DNA from: the human T2T-CHM13v2.0 reference genome, Homo sapiens
Direction: 5' to 3' (one strand)
DNA length: 64,000 bases
NCBI RefSeq assembly: GCF_009914755.1
Contig: NC_060941.1
The notes under the pieces were generated by a model that was given only the letters and a program-made list of their open reading frames with translations, did not search any database and was not told the DNA's origin. A program made the position numbers and the translations under genes. Below are positions 18,462 through 35,148 of the stretch, piece by piece; within the stretch, counting starts at the first letter, position 1, and each line of letters begins with the position of its first letter.

Positions 18462-19548
18462 TCAAAAAAACCAAAAAAACAAAAAAAACTCTTAGTCGGC
18501 AATTGTCACCTAAGGGTGGAAACACTGGGATATGGAGTAGGGGCAGTGAATCTACAAAAGGAAACTAAGGGTTTGCTGAATCAGTCTCTCCTCTCTCCTG
18601 GTCTTTGGAAGGTGCAGAGGGAGCTACCAGCATGTTTTGATTTATTGCTCCTTGTCTCAGATCACTTAACTTGACTCCTAATATGGGACCTAGTTAGACT
18701 CAAATAAAATCATTCAGACTCCAAAAGTTCAGGAAACAGATTGTGTCTTAAGCCCCGCTCCCTGCTCCCTGCCAAATTTCAAACTGCGAAAGGTATCTCC
18801 AAGCCCCAACAGCGTCGGGCCCAGTATTGGTTTTCCTTCCCCTTGGTCCCCATGTCTGCTGTTCTGTTGTGGTGTCTCTCTGTGCTGTCTTCCTCTATGT
18901 GCTGATGTGTGGGCAGTGTAAGGCCAGACTAAGAACCAGGTCCCCAGCACTGCCATGATATTAACCGTGTGTCCTTGCTGACCAACCAGGGTACATTATT
19001 GAATGCTCTAAGACTCAGTTGTCCCATCTGTAAGATGGAGACAATGATAGTTCCTCCTTTTTGAGATTGTTGTAGAAGTGAAAGCATGAATACACAGAAG
19101 GCACTCGGCATGCTCCCTACACAGCTCCTTCAGGTTGAGTCAATGTGAGGCTTATTTTCATGATAAGGCAGTCCTGGCAATGCCACAGGGCTTCACATGT
19201 GAGGAGAAGTCTTCAGGTCAGAGGGAGTGCCACCTGCCTATTGCCCACAGGATTGTTCCAACCTCAGGTAAACACCCTCCCATGCAGCCCCTCAGAGGGA
19301 GGACATTGGTGGAGGCCCAGTCGCAAGGCATCTGGGATTATTACCAGAGAAGACAGAAGGGAGAAAGCCCTCCTCCAAATCCCTGGACTGGGACTATCTT
19401 GGGGAGAGGGAAGAGAAGCAGGGGCACACTCAGTTCTGGGCTGCTCTTTGGCCCCCACTCTGCCCCCACTCTGAAGCCAGGTGGGGGCAGAGTCCAGAGG
19501 GGCCAGGGCAATTGCATGACTGGCCCTCCCCGATCCCACCCTGAGCAG

Positions 19549-19834
19549 GACTGGAGAACTGGGTCTGGGCCGAGGATATGGCCTTTGTCCCCATGGCTGT
19601 GCCCTGGAGCCCTGAGCACCAGATGCAGAGGCTGCAGGTGACCCGGAAGCTGCTGGAGACAGAGGAGCAAGCCACCTTCCCCATGGGAGGCGCCACCCCT
19701 CGCTACCTGTACCTGGCCAGCAACCACAGCAACAAGTGGGGTCACCCCCGGGGCTACCGCATCCAGGTGCGCAGCTTTTCTGGGGAGCCACTGCCCCAGA
19801 ACAGCTCCGTGGAGAGAGGCTTCAGCTGGGGGAG
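19549..19834 (+). pseudogene. AOC4P: AOC4P exon 2
   Basis: 286 nt, intact AG/GT, open frame. About 18 nt differ from AOC3 exon 2. Confidence 0.93.
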
Positions 19835-20536
19835 GTGAGTGGTCGGCGGTCAGGAGGGAGTGGGGCAAGTAGAATGTATGAAGGGCTCCACACTGCTCCA
19901 CCTCCCACAGGTACACACAAACACACACACACATTCCTGTGGCCGCAATCTGTAGGCACTCAAAACAAAGCCTAATGGGTGGGTGGAGGAATGCTGAGAT
20001 ATGAGGCATTGAAGAAAATCTAGGAAAATGTTAATGGTAGACGCTAGACTTGAGTATGTGGATGTTCACTATACAATTCTTCCAATTTTTCTGTATGTTT
20101 AAAATGTTCACATTAAAGGTTGGAGGAAAAAAACAGTGAGATGGGAACACAGATCGGAGGGAGGATTCCCTGAAATCTAGGTATTTGAGATACTGAACTT
20201 GACCTAGGATGGGAAACAGGCCATGTCCATATGTATGGTTCCAAGGCCCAGGCTCAACATCATGCTCTGATCCAGATGGATGGATGAGCAACATTTCTAC
20301 CTGAAGCCTGGTGGGCCAGTTGATGTTTAAGGTACAGGACAGTGGACAAGTGGGGGAAGTCTGCAGAGGAGAGAGAGAGAGACAGAGACAGGCAAGGAGA
20401 ACTGGACAAAGAATGATACAGAGGCTCAATACTCCAAGACTTTGGGGCTCATTTCCCCCTAGTGTTCACTCTTCAGTGCAGCTTCAGGCAGTGGGACAGT
20501 TGACGAACTTGTAGGTCTAATAAAAAACTCCTGTAG

Positions 20537-20666
20537 GTACCAGCTGGTGGTAACCCAGCGGAAGGAGGAGGAACCTAGTAGCACCAGCATCTACAATTTG
20601 AATGACCCTTGGACACCCACTGTGGACTTCACTGACTTCATCAACAATGAGACCATTGCAGGGCAG
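20537..20666 (+). pseudogene. AOC4P: AOC4P exon 3
   Basis: 130 nt, TGTAG|G ... CAG|GTTAGT. Reads [43 protein letters not shown]; about 86% identical to AOC3 exon 3. Confidence 0.9.
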
Positions 20667-21237
20667 GTTAGTTGTGCGGAGGGGTGAGCAGGCAGCTGGA
20701 GAGGAGGGGAGGAGTCAGGGGGACAAGATGAGCCACTTCACTGCCTCAGAAGCGAGATTCCTCAGGGATCTTCAGAAACCACTAACAATGAAACTTTGGC
20801 CGGGTGCAGTGGCTCATGCCTATAATCCCAGCACTTTAGAAGGCTGAGGCAGGTGGATATCTTGAGCTCAGGAGTTCGAGACCAGCCTGGGCAACATGGT
20901 GAAACTCCATCTCTACTAAAAATACAAAAATGAGCAGAGTGTGGTGGCGCGTGCCTGTAATTCCAGCTATTCGGGTGCCTGAGGCTTGAACCCAGGAGGT
21001 GGTGATTGCAATGAGTCGAGATCACACCACTGCACTCCAGCCTAGGTGACAGAGCGAGACTCTGTCTCAAAAAAAAAAAAAAAGAAAGAAAGAAACTTTA
21101 TGATTTCAGATTTTTCCTGAGAAACTAAGAACATACAGGTGGGTGAGCTGACTCCCTATCTGCAAGGTCACTGTGGGAGGCAGGGCATGTCCTCAGCAAA
21201 GCCAGACCTCGTGATCCTCTTTCTTCTCCCCTGCTAG

Positions 21238-21513
21238 GACTTGGTGGCCTGGGTGACAGCTGGTTTTCTGCATATCCCACATGCAGAGGACATTCCTAAC
21301 ACAGTGACTGTGGGGAACAGCGTGGGCTTCTTCCTCCGACCCTACAACTTCTTTGACGAAGACCCCTCCTTCTACTCTGCCGACTCCATCTACTTCCGAG
21401 GGGACCAGGATGCTGGGGCCTGCGAGGTCAACCCCCTAGCTTGCCTGCCCCAGGCTGCTGCCTGTGCCCCCGACCTCCCTGCCTTCTCCCACGGGGGCTT
21501 CTCTCACAACTAG
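21238..21513 (+). pseudogene. AOC4P: AOC4P exon 4 coding-equivalent
   Basis: 276 nt with only 3 differences from AOC3 exon 4 (GAT/GAC, GGC/AGC, TAT/TAC). Confidence 0.95.
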
Positions 21514-21829
21514 GCGGTCCTGGGATGGGGCATGTGGCCAAGGGCTCCAGGGCCAGGGTGTGAGGGATGGGGAGCAGCTGGGCACTGGGCCGGCAGCCTG
21601 GTTCCCTCTTCCCTGTGCCAGGACTCTCTTCCCTCCACTGCCCTCCTTCACATCCCCCTCTGAGCCAGGAGCCTCCTGACCCTGTGATGCCTGACACAGG
21701 GGACAGTCAGCTTTGTTGATGCCAGCTGTGCTGAGTTCCCATCCAGAGAGGTGAGGCATGGCCCAGCCTGGAGCCTGGAGCCGTGGCTAAGCATTTCTCC
21801 AGACCACTCCTGGTTTTCTTAACAGTTTG

Positions 21830-23130
<1,301 letters not shown>

Positions 23131-23264
23131 AATTTGCCACCTTGGCCCAGGCGAGTGGCCCACACCTGTAATCCCAGCACTTTGGGAGGCTGAGGCAGGC
23201 GGATCAACTGAGGTTGGGAGATCGAGACCAGCCTGGCCAATGTGGTGAAACCCCATCTCTACTA

Positions 23265-23423
<159 letters not shown>

Positions 23424-23566
23424 TCAAAAAAAAAAAAAAAAAATTGGCCACTTTAACCATTTTTAAGTGAGAGTTTAGTGGCATTCAGTAAATTTGGAAG
23501 CTCTTTTGGGCCACCTTAGCTCTCCTCTGTCCTGTTTTGTTTGTTTGTTTGTTTTTTGTTTTTTAA

Positions 23567-23869
<303 letters not shown>

Positions 23870-23994
23870 TAGGGAGCCTCTAGAGACCAGACTGTTCTCC
23901 CAAAGCCCCAGAGCAGGTTCCCCAGTAGATGTGCATCTCAGTTTTGGGCCTTGAATAGCAGGTCCTTCTCTCTGTCTGTTCCCTCTCATGCTGA

Positions 23995-24369
<375 letters not shown>

Positions 24370-24865
24370 TAGCGGAGGTCCTGTGGGAGCGTCCCTGCTG
24401 CCTCAGGTCTTGTAGTTCCTTCCTGCATTCCTTACTTCTGGTGTCCTCCTCTGCCCCTGGGCTGGGTTAGCCTTGGATCTGCAGGTACTGTCTTGTTTGA
24501 AGAAGGACAATGCTTGGTTATCTCCTTCTGGGGGACCTATGTCTCTGAACAGCTTTCTTCATCTTGCCTCTCTGCATTTCATTGTCATAAAAAAATGTTT
24601 CTCCTGTCATCTTGTCATCTGCCTATACTAATAATCCTCTTACAAGTTCCTGCCATTTACACAGGCCATGCGGAATATGCATTTGTGAGGGGGAAGGATG
24701 GTCAAGTGTCAGCAGCAGCCCAGGGGTTTTGTGGGTGGAAGGATGAAAAAGATGAAGGGTCATCTGGTCCCAGGGCCCTGGTGACAGTAGCCTCTGTTAC
24801 TCTGCAGCAGTCAGCATAGGTGACCAGAAAGTCACTGAGGGTAGGCACTAAAAAGCCTCAGGAGT

Positions 24866-25404
24866 GGCCAGGTGCAGTGGCTCACACCTGTATTCCCAGC
24901 ACTTTGGGAGGCTGAGGTGGGCAGATCACGAGGTCGGGAGTTCAAGACCAGCCGGACCAGGGCTGCCCCTCATGGGCTGTGGACTTTGGACTTTGGATTG
25001 GCATAAATAAGAACCGGGACAATTCCCAGGAAGGGATTTGGGGGTGGGAGTAAGGTGGGGAGGAGGTAGGGCTCAAACACCAAGCTTTCTCAGGTGTGTC
25101 AAGGCAAGAGAAACTTACGCAGTATGAGGCGTCCACACCTCTGCTCCTTCAGTGTCTTTTCTGGGAGTGAGATCAAGAAGAGAGGGTGTCCCGTCCCAGC
25201 AGATGGTGAAACCCCGTCTGTAGCAAAAATACAAAAATTAGCCGGGCGTGGTGGTGCGTGCCTGCAATCCCAGCTACTCAGGAGGCTGAGGCAGGAGAAT
25301 TTCTTGAGCCTGGGAGGCGGAGGTTGCAGTCAGCCGAGATCGCACCACTGCACTCCAGCCTGGGCAACAGAGTGAGGCTCCGTCTCAAAAAAAAAAAAAA
25401 AAAA
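24866..25404 (+). mobile_element. Alu with TSD carrying a ~245-nt internal non-Alu insert (24957-25202)
   Basis: TSD AAAAG(C/T)CTCAGGAG at 24851-24864 and 25401-25414. The Alu left arm is split between ...GACCA and ATGGTGAAACCCC. Confidence 0.88.
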
Positions 25405-25757
25405 GTCTCAGGAGCTCGGGCAGCCAGGTGGGGAGCTGGCCCATCAGGAGTTGGCATGCAAATGAGCCACGTGCCTCCCAGCGGGGGACCAGAGGCCAGG
25501 TCAGGGCAACAGCCTCCAGGGCTGCCCGTCATGGGCTGTGGACTTTGTATAGGCATAAATAAGAACCGGGACAATTTCCAGGAGGGGATTTGGGAGTGGG
25601 AGTAAGGTAAGGGGGAGGTAGGGCTCAAACACCAAGCTTTCTCAGGTGTGTCAAGGCAAGAGAAACTTACCCAGTATGTGGCGTCCACACCTCTGCTCCT
25701 TCAGTGTCTTTCCTGGGAGTGAGATCAAGAAGAGAGGGGGGGGTCCCGTCTCAGCAG
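24957..25757 (+). repeat. Dispersed direct repeat of ~245 bp (24957-25202 and 25516-25757)
   Basis: The two copies align end to end at high identity. This also shows as similar ORFs 24942-25136 and 25278-25688. Confidence 0.92.
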
Positions 25758-26800
25758 GAAGCCCAGGCTGCCCACCCAGTCTGAGGGGACGGCACTGACT
25801 GGGCAGGATCTGGCAAGAGGGGAGTTTAGGGTGCAGATTTGGGTCCAATTCAGCTTGTGACCAGAAGAGGGATCATCAACTGGGATCCCAGATCACATGG
25901 AATCCTGTGGTTCCCTTGAGAACTGCCTGGACCCCCAGGTCAACCATATGGGCTGGAAAGGAAGTAAGTTCTAGCAAAAGGACCTTCATACAAGGACTAA
26001 AGCCGTGGGAACCACACTTCAATTCATGACTTTCAGCATATCTTGAAAGCACTTAGATAGGGAAGGTTTGGAAAGGCAGAACTGCTACTGCCGCTGCTGC
26101 TGCCTCTTCTTTCCATTTTGTGTCTCAGCTCAAAGATAGAGCTTCTCTTTACCCTCTCAGCCCAGATAAATATCTTGTTTTGCCTTTCTTGCATTTTTTT
26201 TTGTTTAAAGAAATTTGGAGGCTGAATTGGGAGGATCACTTGACCCCAGAAGGTCGAGGCTGCAGTGAGCCATGATTGCGCCACCGCACTCCAGCCTGGG
26301 CAACAGAGTGAGACCCTGTCTCAAAAAAAAAAAAAAAAGGCCGGGGGGGGGAGCATAATAGTGGAAATGCTCTGTCTTGCCCTGAAAATGAATGCTGTAG
26401 AGAGCCAGGGCTGCCACTCTTGGCTGCTCCACAGGTTGCTTCTCCAGATGCGGAGATGGGGAGAAGGGACCTGTGGCCCCAGGCTGAGGTCTGTGAGGGG
26501 CCTGCTGCTGTGGCTCACTTGCTGACCAAGGAGGATGCCATACGGCCCCCCACTGGGGTCTGAGGGCGCAACCCAAGCCACCCTGAAGGGGTGTGTGCAC
26601 AAGGAGCTCTCAGGAGAAGCCCCCAAGGTGGCCTGTTGGAAGGCTCTGATGGGAACATTTCCTTCCACCTTCAAGAAAGAAGCAATGGGACCCTGAAGAA
26701 TGCAGCCCAGAGAGATCCAAAGGGTCAGAAGCTCTGGGGCAAATCTGGTAAACTTCCTGGGGGTGCCACAGACTCATCTCCACCTTGCCCTGTGGTCTGG

Positions 26801-26850
26801 CCCCGCCTTCTGGTGGAGCCTGCCCCCGCCTTCTGGTGGAGCCTGCCCCG
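26801..26850. repeat. Perfect 23-bp tandem duplication CCCCGCCTTCTGGTGGAGCCTGC x2
   Basis: Read directly. Confidence 0.95.
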
Positions 26851-27752
26851 TCCCCACCCTGACACTTGACCTGTGGCTGACAGTGGGCCACCTCTGCTCC
26901 ACTCAGGCTCCGTGGCCGGAGAGTCTGCAGCTTCTCTGGCATTCCTCCTCCCCGTCTGGGTCCTGTGATGGAAACAGTCTCATTCAGCTGCCCCAGAGAC
27001 TCACAAGTCCTTTACTCATTCAGCAAGTATTTTCCAGTCCCTGCCATGTGTTGGGCCCCTGTTAATTCTATAGTAATATTTGTTGTGGTAAATAAAATTG
27101 CCTTCATAGTGATGTCATGGTGGAGGGAGGAACACTCAGGAGAAGAGGGTGTCTCTGAGCCCACAGAGCTCCCACTGCTATTTCTAAGAGGCCAGCAATA
27201 CATCTTTGCATTTCAGAAAACTGGGTCTATTCAAGAAATAAAGATGGATGGAGGTCAAAATGGGAATGGATTTGGAGAACAGAGTGGGGGTGGGGATGGA
27301 GCAGGATGGAAATGAGAGGGGGTGGAGAGGGAATAGGGGGGAGGTTGGTGATGGGGAGGGGACAGGATAAGGAACAAGATGAGGAAGGGGGAAGGTGGAG
27401 TTGGAGTGGAGATGAGGATCAAAGTGAGGAGGGCTGGGTCATCCTCTGGCCTCTCCTACCATGCCCCATCTACACGGATGCAAAGAAAACTTCATTCACT
27501 CATCGAACGTTTCTGGGACTCTTCCTGAATGCCAGACTTGCATTGGTACAGAAAAATGACTCTCTTCATACTTGCCTTCAAAGAGCTCAGAGTCTGGGCT
27601 GCGGAGAGGTCTTTTTATAAACAAAAACACTGGCCGGGCACAGTGGCTCACACCTATAATTTCAGCACTTTGGGAGGCCAAGGCGGGTGGATCACATGAG
27701 GTCAGGAGTTTGAGACCAGCCTGGCCAATATGGAGAAACCCTGTCTCTACTA

Positions 27753-27989
<237 letters not shown>

Positions 27990-28684
27990 TCAGAGAGGAA
28001 GTGATGGTTATGTGTGTTTAATTGGATTCATTTATTTAATTCAATTAGTAATACATTCACATGTTCGAAATCCTAAAGGCACAAAAGAACTTGTGTCTGG
28101 TCATGGTTGCATAATTCTGTGAATGTACCAAACACCATGGAAACCATTGAATTATGTACTTTAAATGGGCGAATGATACAGTATGTGACTTATAGCTCAA
28201 TAAAATTGTATTTCAGAAAAGGGTTTATGTCTCCATCCCACATCTGATAATAGTTCCTCCCTGAAGTCAAATAATATGGTGAGTTTCTTCTGTATCTTTT
28301 TTGTTGGGAGTTGGGGAGTGACATTTGAAGTGGTGAATGAGCTGAATTTAGTCAAGTAGTGGACTGCGGAATACAGTGTTCTGGCAGTGACAGAGGCACG
28401 AAGGCTCGTGGTTCTGTGAATGCCCCAATGGTTGGAGCATGGGGTGAGGGTGGCAGAATGGCAAAGGCTGATTGGGGGTGGGGTGAGCAGAGCCTTGGAG
28501 GCCATGCGAGGCAGTGTGTACTTCATCTGTAAGCAGTGATGATCCAGACCTTTAAGCTGCATGAAAAACAATGTGACAATAATTTAAAGACACCCAAATC
28601 TCCTTCCAACATCCCGTTGTCATTCACCTAAGTGAAACTGCAGTTCTTGTCTCTATGCACTCATGCGTTTACCTAGTTAGGTAA

Positions 28685-29017
<333 letters not shown>

Positions 29018-29946
29018 TAGGCCTCTCAAAGTGCTAGGATTACAGGCATGAGCCACTGCACCCAGCCAAATGGATGGTTTTTAAAGGATAAGAGGTACTC
29101 TATCAAGTCGATAGTAAACAAATCATTCCCCATTGGGCAATTGGGTTGGTTCCAATTTGCTATCAAGTGGAAGAATGACCCAGTTGGATCTTGGCTTTGG
29201 ACAATGGCTTTTACATGGCCAACTCACAGGCTCAGAGCTAAAAGGGATTCAGGGAGTCAGCTGGGCTCATCCTTAGGGTTTCTGTGGCCGTGAGTAAGCA
29301 CCCCATCTGAACCCATTTCTTCATCTGGAAAGTGATAATGTATTTAAATCACTCAAAAGCTTTTTAGGCCTTGGTAGATTTCTCTGACACTGGAAGGTCC
29401 AACCACAGCCTACCTGTTACGCATCAAAGGAACTATCTGAAGACACTGGAATCCTAGCCAGGCAGGGTGACTCGTGCCTGTAATCCCAGCGCTTTGGGAG
29501 GCTGGGGCAGGAGGATCGCTTGAGGCCAGGAGTTCAAGGTCAGCCTGAGCAACAGAGTGAGATTCTGTCTCTACAAAAAATTATTAAAATTAGCCGACCG
29601 TGGTGGCACATGCTTATAGTTCTAGCTACTTGGGAAGCTTGAGATAGGAGGATCAAGTGACAAGCCCAGGAGTCCGAGGCTGCAGTGAGCTATTATTATA
29701 CCACCGTACCCCAGCCTGAAGGACAGAGTACCCCAGCCTTGTCTAAAAAAAAAAAGACATAAGACTTTGACGTCCAGATGCTCTCTCCATATTCTGGCCT
29801 AGAAAAGTGTCCCCATCACCCTCTTGCCTTCCTTGGTCAGATGGCAAATGAGTGTCTGGGGCAGATGCACTCTGGAGGCTCAAGAGGAAACATTCGGGGC
29901 TGCCTGCAGCAGTGCTGAGGCTGCAGTTTAATTTTCTTTGACATCA

Positions 29947-30440
<494 letters not shown>

Positions 30441-31449
30441 TCATCTCCCTCTCAGAGGCTGTTGCTTCTTCTCTCAGACCCTCTGGCCCCAGCTTCCCTG
30501 TAGCTGCCACAGAAACCTCATCATATGAAGGGAAAGAGGCTGTAGCATTCTCAGTAGGGCCCGGGTCTCAAACACCTCCATGCTGCATGTCTCTTATACC
30601 ACTTTTTTTTTTTTTGAGACGGAGTTTTGCTCTGTTGCCCAGGTTGGAGTGCAAGTGCCATGATCTCGGCTCATTGCAACCTCTGCTTCCCGGGCTTAAG
30701 CGATTCTTGAGCCTCAGCCTCCCAAATGGCTGGGACTACAGGCACGCACCACCATCCCCAGCAAATTTTTGTATTTTTAGTAGAAATGGGGTTTCGCCAT
30801 GTTGCCCAGGCTGGTCTCAAACTCCTGAGCTCAGGCATTCCATCTGCCTTGGCCTCCCAAAGTGCTAGGATTACAAGCATGAGCCACAGTACCCAGCCCC
30901 TTATGCCTCTTAACTTTACATCTCCGGGTCAGAATATGATGGGGAATTCTCCCTTTCTCGAGGACCTCCAAGGAATGTGATGTCTGTCACTCCCAATTCT
31001 CCTATTGAGAAGGAAAAGCCAGTACAGGACAGAATACTCTGGGCCAGATAATTTCCATCTTTGTTTCACTTAATCCGCATAACAACCTTGAAAGGCAGAT
31101 GTTAATTACACCCATTTCACAGATGCAGAAACTACAATTCAGAGAGATTAGGAAACATGCCCACAGTCATCTGGCTGGTAAAAGGTGGGGCTGGGAGTGA
31201 ACCCAGATCTTTGCAGAATTACACCTCACGGCCTTCCCTGGGCCGTGGCTCTTTTTCCACTGCCTGGTAGGCCTGTTTGAAGAATTAAACAAGGTATCAG
31301 ACTCATCTGAATATTGTAAGAAAAAAAAAAAGAATGAAACAAGGTAATGCTTGAGAAACCCTTGGCACCTGATCCATATTAAGTGACCCTCTCAGAGCAA
31401 AGTCATCACTCAAATGACAAGGGCAGAAATATGCAGAGCTGCTTTTCAC

Positions 31450-31628
31450 AAAGGTGCTCAACCTTGACTGCACATTGAAATCACCTGGGAAGCTTGTAAA
31501 ACTCCACATACTCGGACTGCGCCTCAGCCTGATATGATCAGAGCCTCTGGGGGCAAACCACAGACATGACTGGCTTTTAAATTTCCCCGGGTGATTCTAC
31601 TGTGTAGCCAAGGTTGGGAGAACTCTGG
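31450..31628. mobile_element. MER5A-like hAT DNA transposon
   Basis: CTCAACCTTGACTGCACATTGAAATCACCTGGGAAGCTT...CCCCGGGTGATTCTACTGTGTAGCCAAGGTTGGGA, with terminal inverted similarity. Confidence 0.7.
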
Positions 31629-33051
31629 AGATGGTAGTTCAGTTCCAAGCCTCCCAAGAGGAAGCTGACTAGAGAGTCTAAGACATAAAGAATGTGTCCA
31701 TCAGAAGGTGCAGAAAGGGGCCAGGCACAGTGTCTCACCTATAATTCCAGCACTTTGGGAGGCTGAGGCAGGCAGATCACTTGAGTCCAGGAGTTCGAGA
31801 CCAGCCTGGCAACATGGCAAAACCCTCTCTCTACAAAAATACCAAAAAAAAAAAAAAAAATTAGCCAGGATGGTGACATGCACCTGTGGTCCCAGCTACT
31901 AGGGAGGCTGAGGTGGGAGGATCATTTGAGCCTGGGAGGCAGAGGCTGCAGTTAGCCAAGATCATGCCACTGCACTACAGCCTGGGCGACAGAGTGAGAA
32001 GACCCCGTCTCCCTCAGAAAGAGAGCATCACAGAGCCTGCCCTGACAGTGACAATCAGCCACATTTGGAGCAGAGGACCTGGCCAGGGCCAGGACACGTC
32101 CTGTCCTAGAGGCACTTTAGCCATGCACATGGAGTCATCGGGCCTTATTGAAGCTATATTGTGACCAACTGCTGGTTCTGATTCCCAGCTCGACAGGCCA
32201 GCTTCCCACCACATCATGGTGATGGGAAGAAAATGGACACATCACTTACATCTCTTTTTGTAAATGAACTAATTGACATTCTAATAAGAATTACTTTTGC
32301 TTTGACAGTTACAGTAAATCAACAGATTGACCTTCAGGTGTAATTTTGGTATATATAGACCTTCCCTGAAAGACAATTCCCATTGGTGAGCTGAGGAATC
32401 TGGTTTCTGATTCAGGCTTCTCCCTTGGAGTGGGGTGAATTCACCAATAAACCATCTTGAGATATCTTGGGAGATGTCAGCCAGCCTCATCTGATGCAAC
32501 CAGCCTAGCCACGGACTTCACGTCTAACTTTCAGAGCAGAGACTCCATGTCAGCAAATTCCTCGCCTCCTTCCCTCCTCTCCTATAGTTTTGGCTTTTTG
32601 TATTGTTTTGTTTTTGTTGTTGTTTTGTTTTGTTTTTGTTTTTGTTTTTGAGACAGAGTCTCACTCTGTCACCCAGGCTGGAATGCAGTGGCGCGATCTT
32701 GGTTCACTGCAACCTCCGCCTCCAGGTTGAAGTGATTCTCCTGCCTCAGCTTATTGAGTAGCTGGGATTACAGGCGCCCGCCACCACGCTCAGCTAATTT
32801 TTGTATTTTTAATGGAGATGGGGTTTCACCATGTTGTTCAGGCTGGTCTCGAACTCCTGACCCCAGGTGATCTACCCACCTTAGCCTCCCAAAGTGCTGG
32901 GATTACAGGCTTGAGCCACTGTGCCCAGCCTGTTTGTTTTCTGAGACAAGGTGTTTCTGTGTCACCCAGACTGGAGTGCAGTGGTTCAATCTTGGCTCAC
33001 TGCAGCCTAAACCTCCTGGGCTCAAGTGATCCTCCCAACTCAGCCTCCTGA

Positions 33052-33255
<204 letters not shown>

Positions 33256-34314
33256 TAAATATTTTGTAGAGACAGAGTCTCCTTATGTTGCCCAGGCTGG
33301 TCTTGAACCTTGAGCTCAATGGATCTTCCTGCCTTGGCCTCTGAAAGCACTGGGTTTATAGGTGTGAGCAACTATGCCTGGCCCCCTCCTATAGTTTTTC
33401 CCTGGCCAATATCCCTCTTATAAATCCACAGAGCTTCTCACTCTCTGCAGGGAATATTAGGTCATTCACATACCTGGGTTCAGTCCCTACACCGCAGTCA
33501 TCGTGATGCTTACACCCCAGACACCCCAGACGTGTGTCCTCCTTCAAACAGCCTATTCCCACCCACTAAGCCTCTGCCCATGTGTTCCGACTCCTCCCTC
33601 CCTTCCTTCCTCTGCTTCCTTCCTCTTTCCTCTTCCTTCTCCATCTAGTGACAGCTTATTCACTGTCTAAAACCCAACTCGAATCCCACTCTCTCGACCT
33701 TTCCCTGAACAACATTATTTACTTTGTTGTCTCTGCTCCCATAGTACTTTGGACAGAACTCTGCCATGGAGGTTCACAAACTGAACTCTAGTTCCTTGAC
33801 CACGTGTGTCCTCCCCTCACTCCCCACACTGAACCTGGCTTTGGTGGCCTGGTGCCCAGCATGGTGTTGTGCCCGTGTGTGGATGCTTAAATACATCTTT
33901 GAAATTTGAATAAATAGTAAACATTGTTATACATGAGTCATGTTTTTCTCTTTAAAAGCCACATCATATCCATTTGCTCATTGGACTACTTCAAAAGAGA
34001 AGCTCTAAGGACATCCAAAGATCCTAAGTGAAAAATCACCCTGGCTGCACGGGTCAAGCCAGGACACAGGGCCAAAGGTCGGTCAGCACTGACACGCTGA
34101 GCCCAGGCGTTTGCTTTCCAGATGAGACCTGCACCGCTGGACCAGCAATGCAGCAGAGGCAGCAGGAAGAGGGAGATGGAGCCAAAGGGTTTCTGGACAG
34201 GCGGTTGCTGGCAGATCTATAAATCGATGCCCCACAATGGGCTGTCACTGAAACAGGCCAGGAGTAGCCCAGAGCCTGGAGGTAGACCTGAGAGGGCAGG
34301 GTGTGGGAAGATTA

Positions 34315-34611
<297 letters not shown>

Positions 34612-34875
34612 TCAAAAAAAAAAAAAAAAAAAGCATAGGCTAGAAATTGGACCACAAAATAATATAGAATTTGACATGTGGGTGAAGATGGGTGTTTTGG
34701 GGGCTGCAAATCAGTCATGTTCTCCTCAATCTGCGTAAGCAGAGGCAATGCGGTATAGTGGTTTACAGTGTGGCTTCTGGAACTAGGTTCCTGGGGTTTG
34801 GATCCAGCACATGTGACACATGTGACCTTGAACAAGTTATTTAACTTCTCTGGACTTCACTTTCCTCACTTGTAA

Positions 34876-35148
<273 letters not shown>

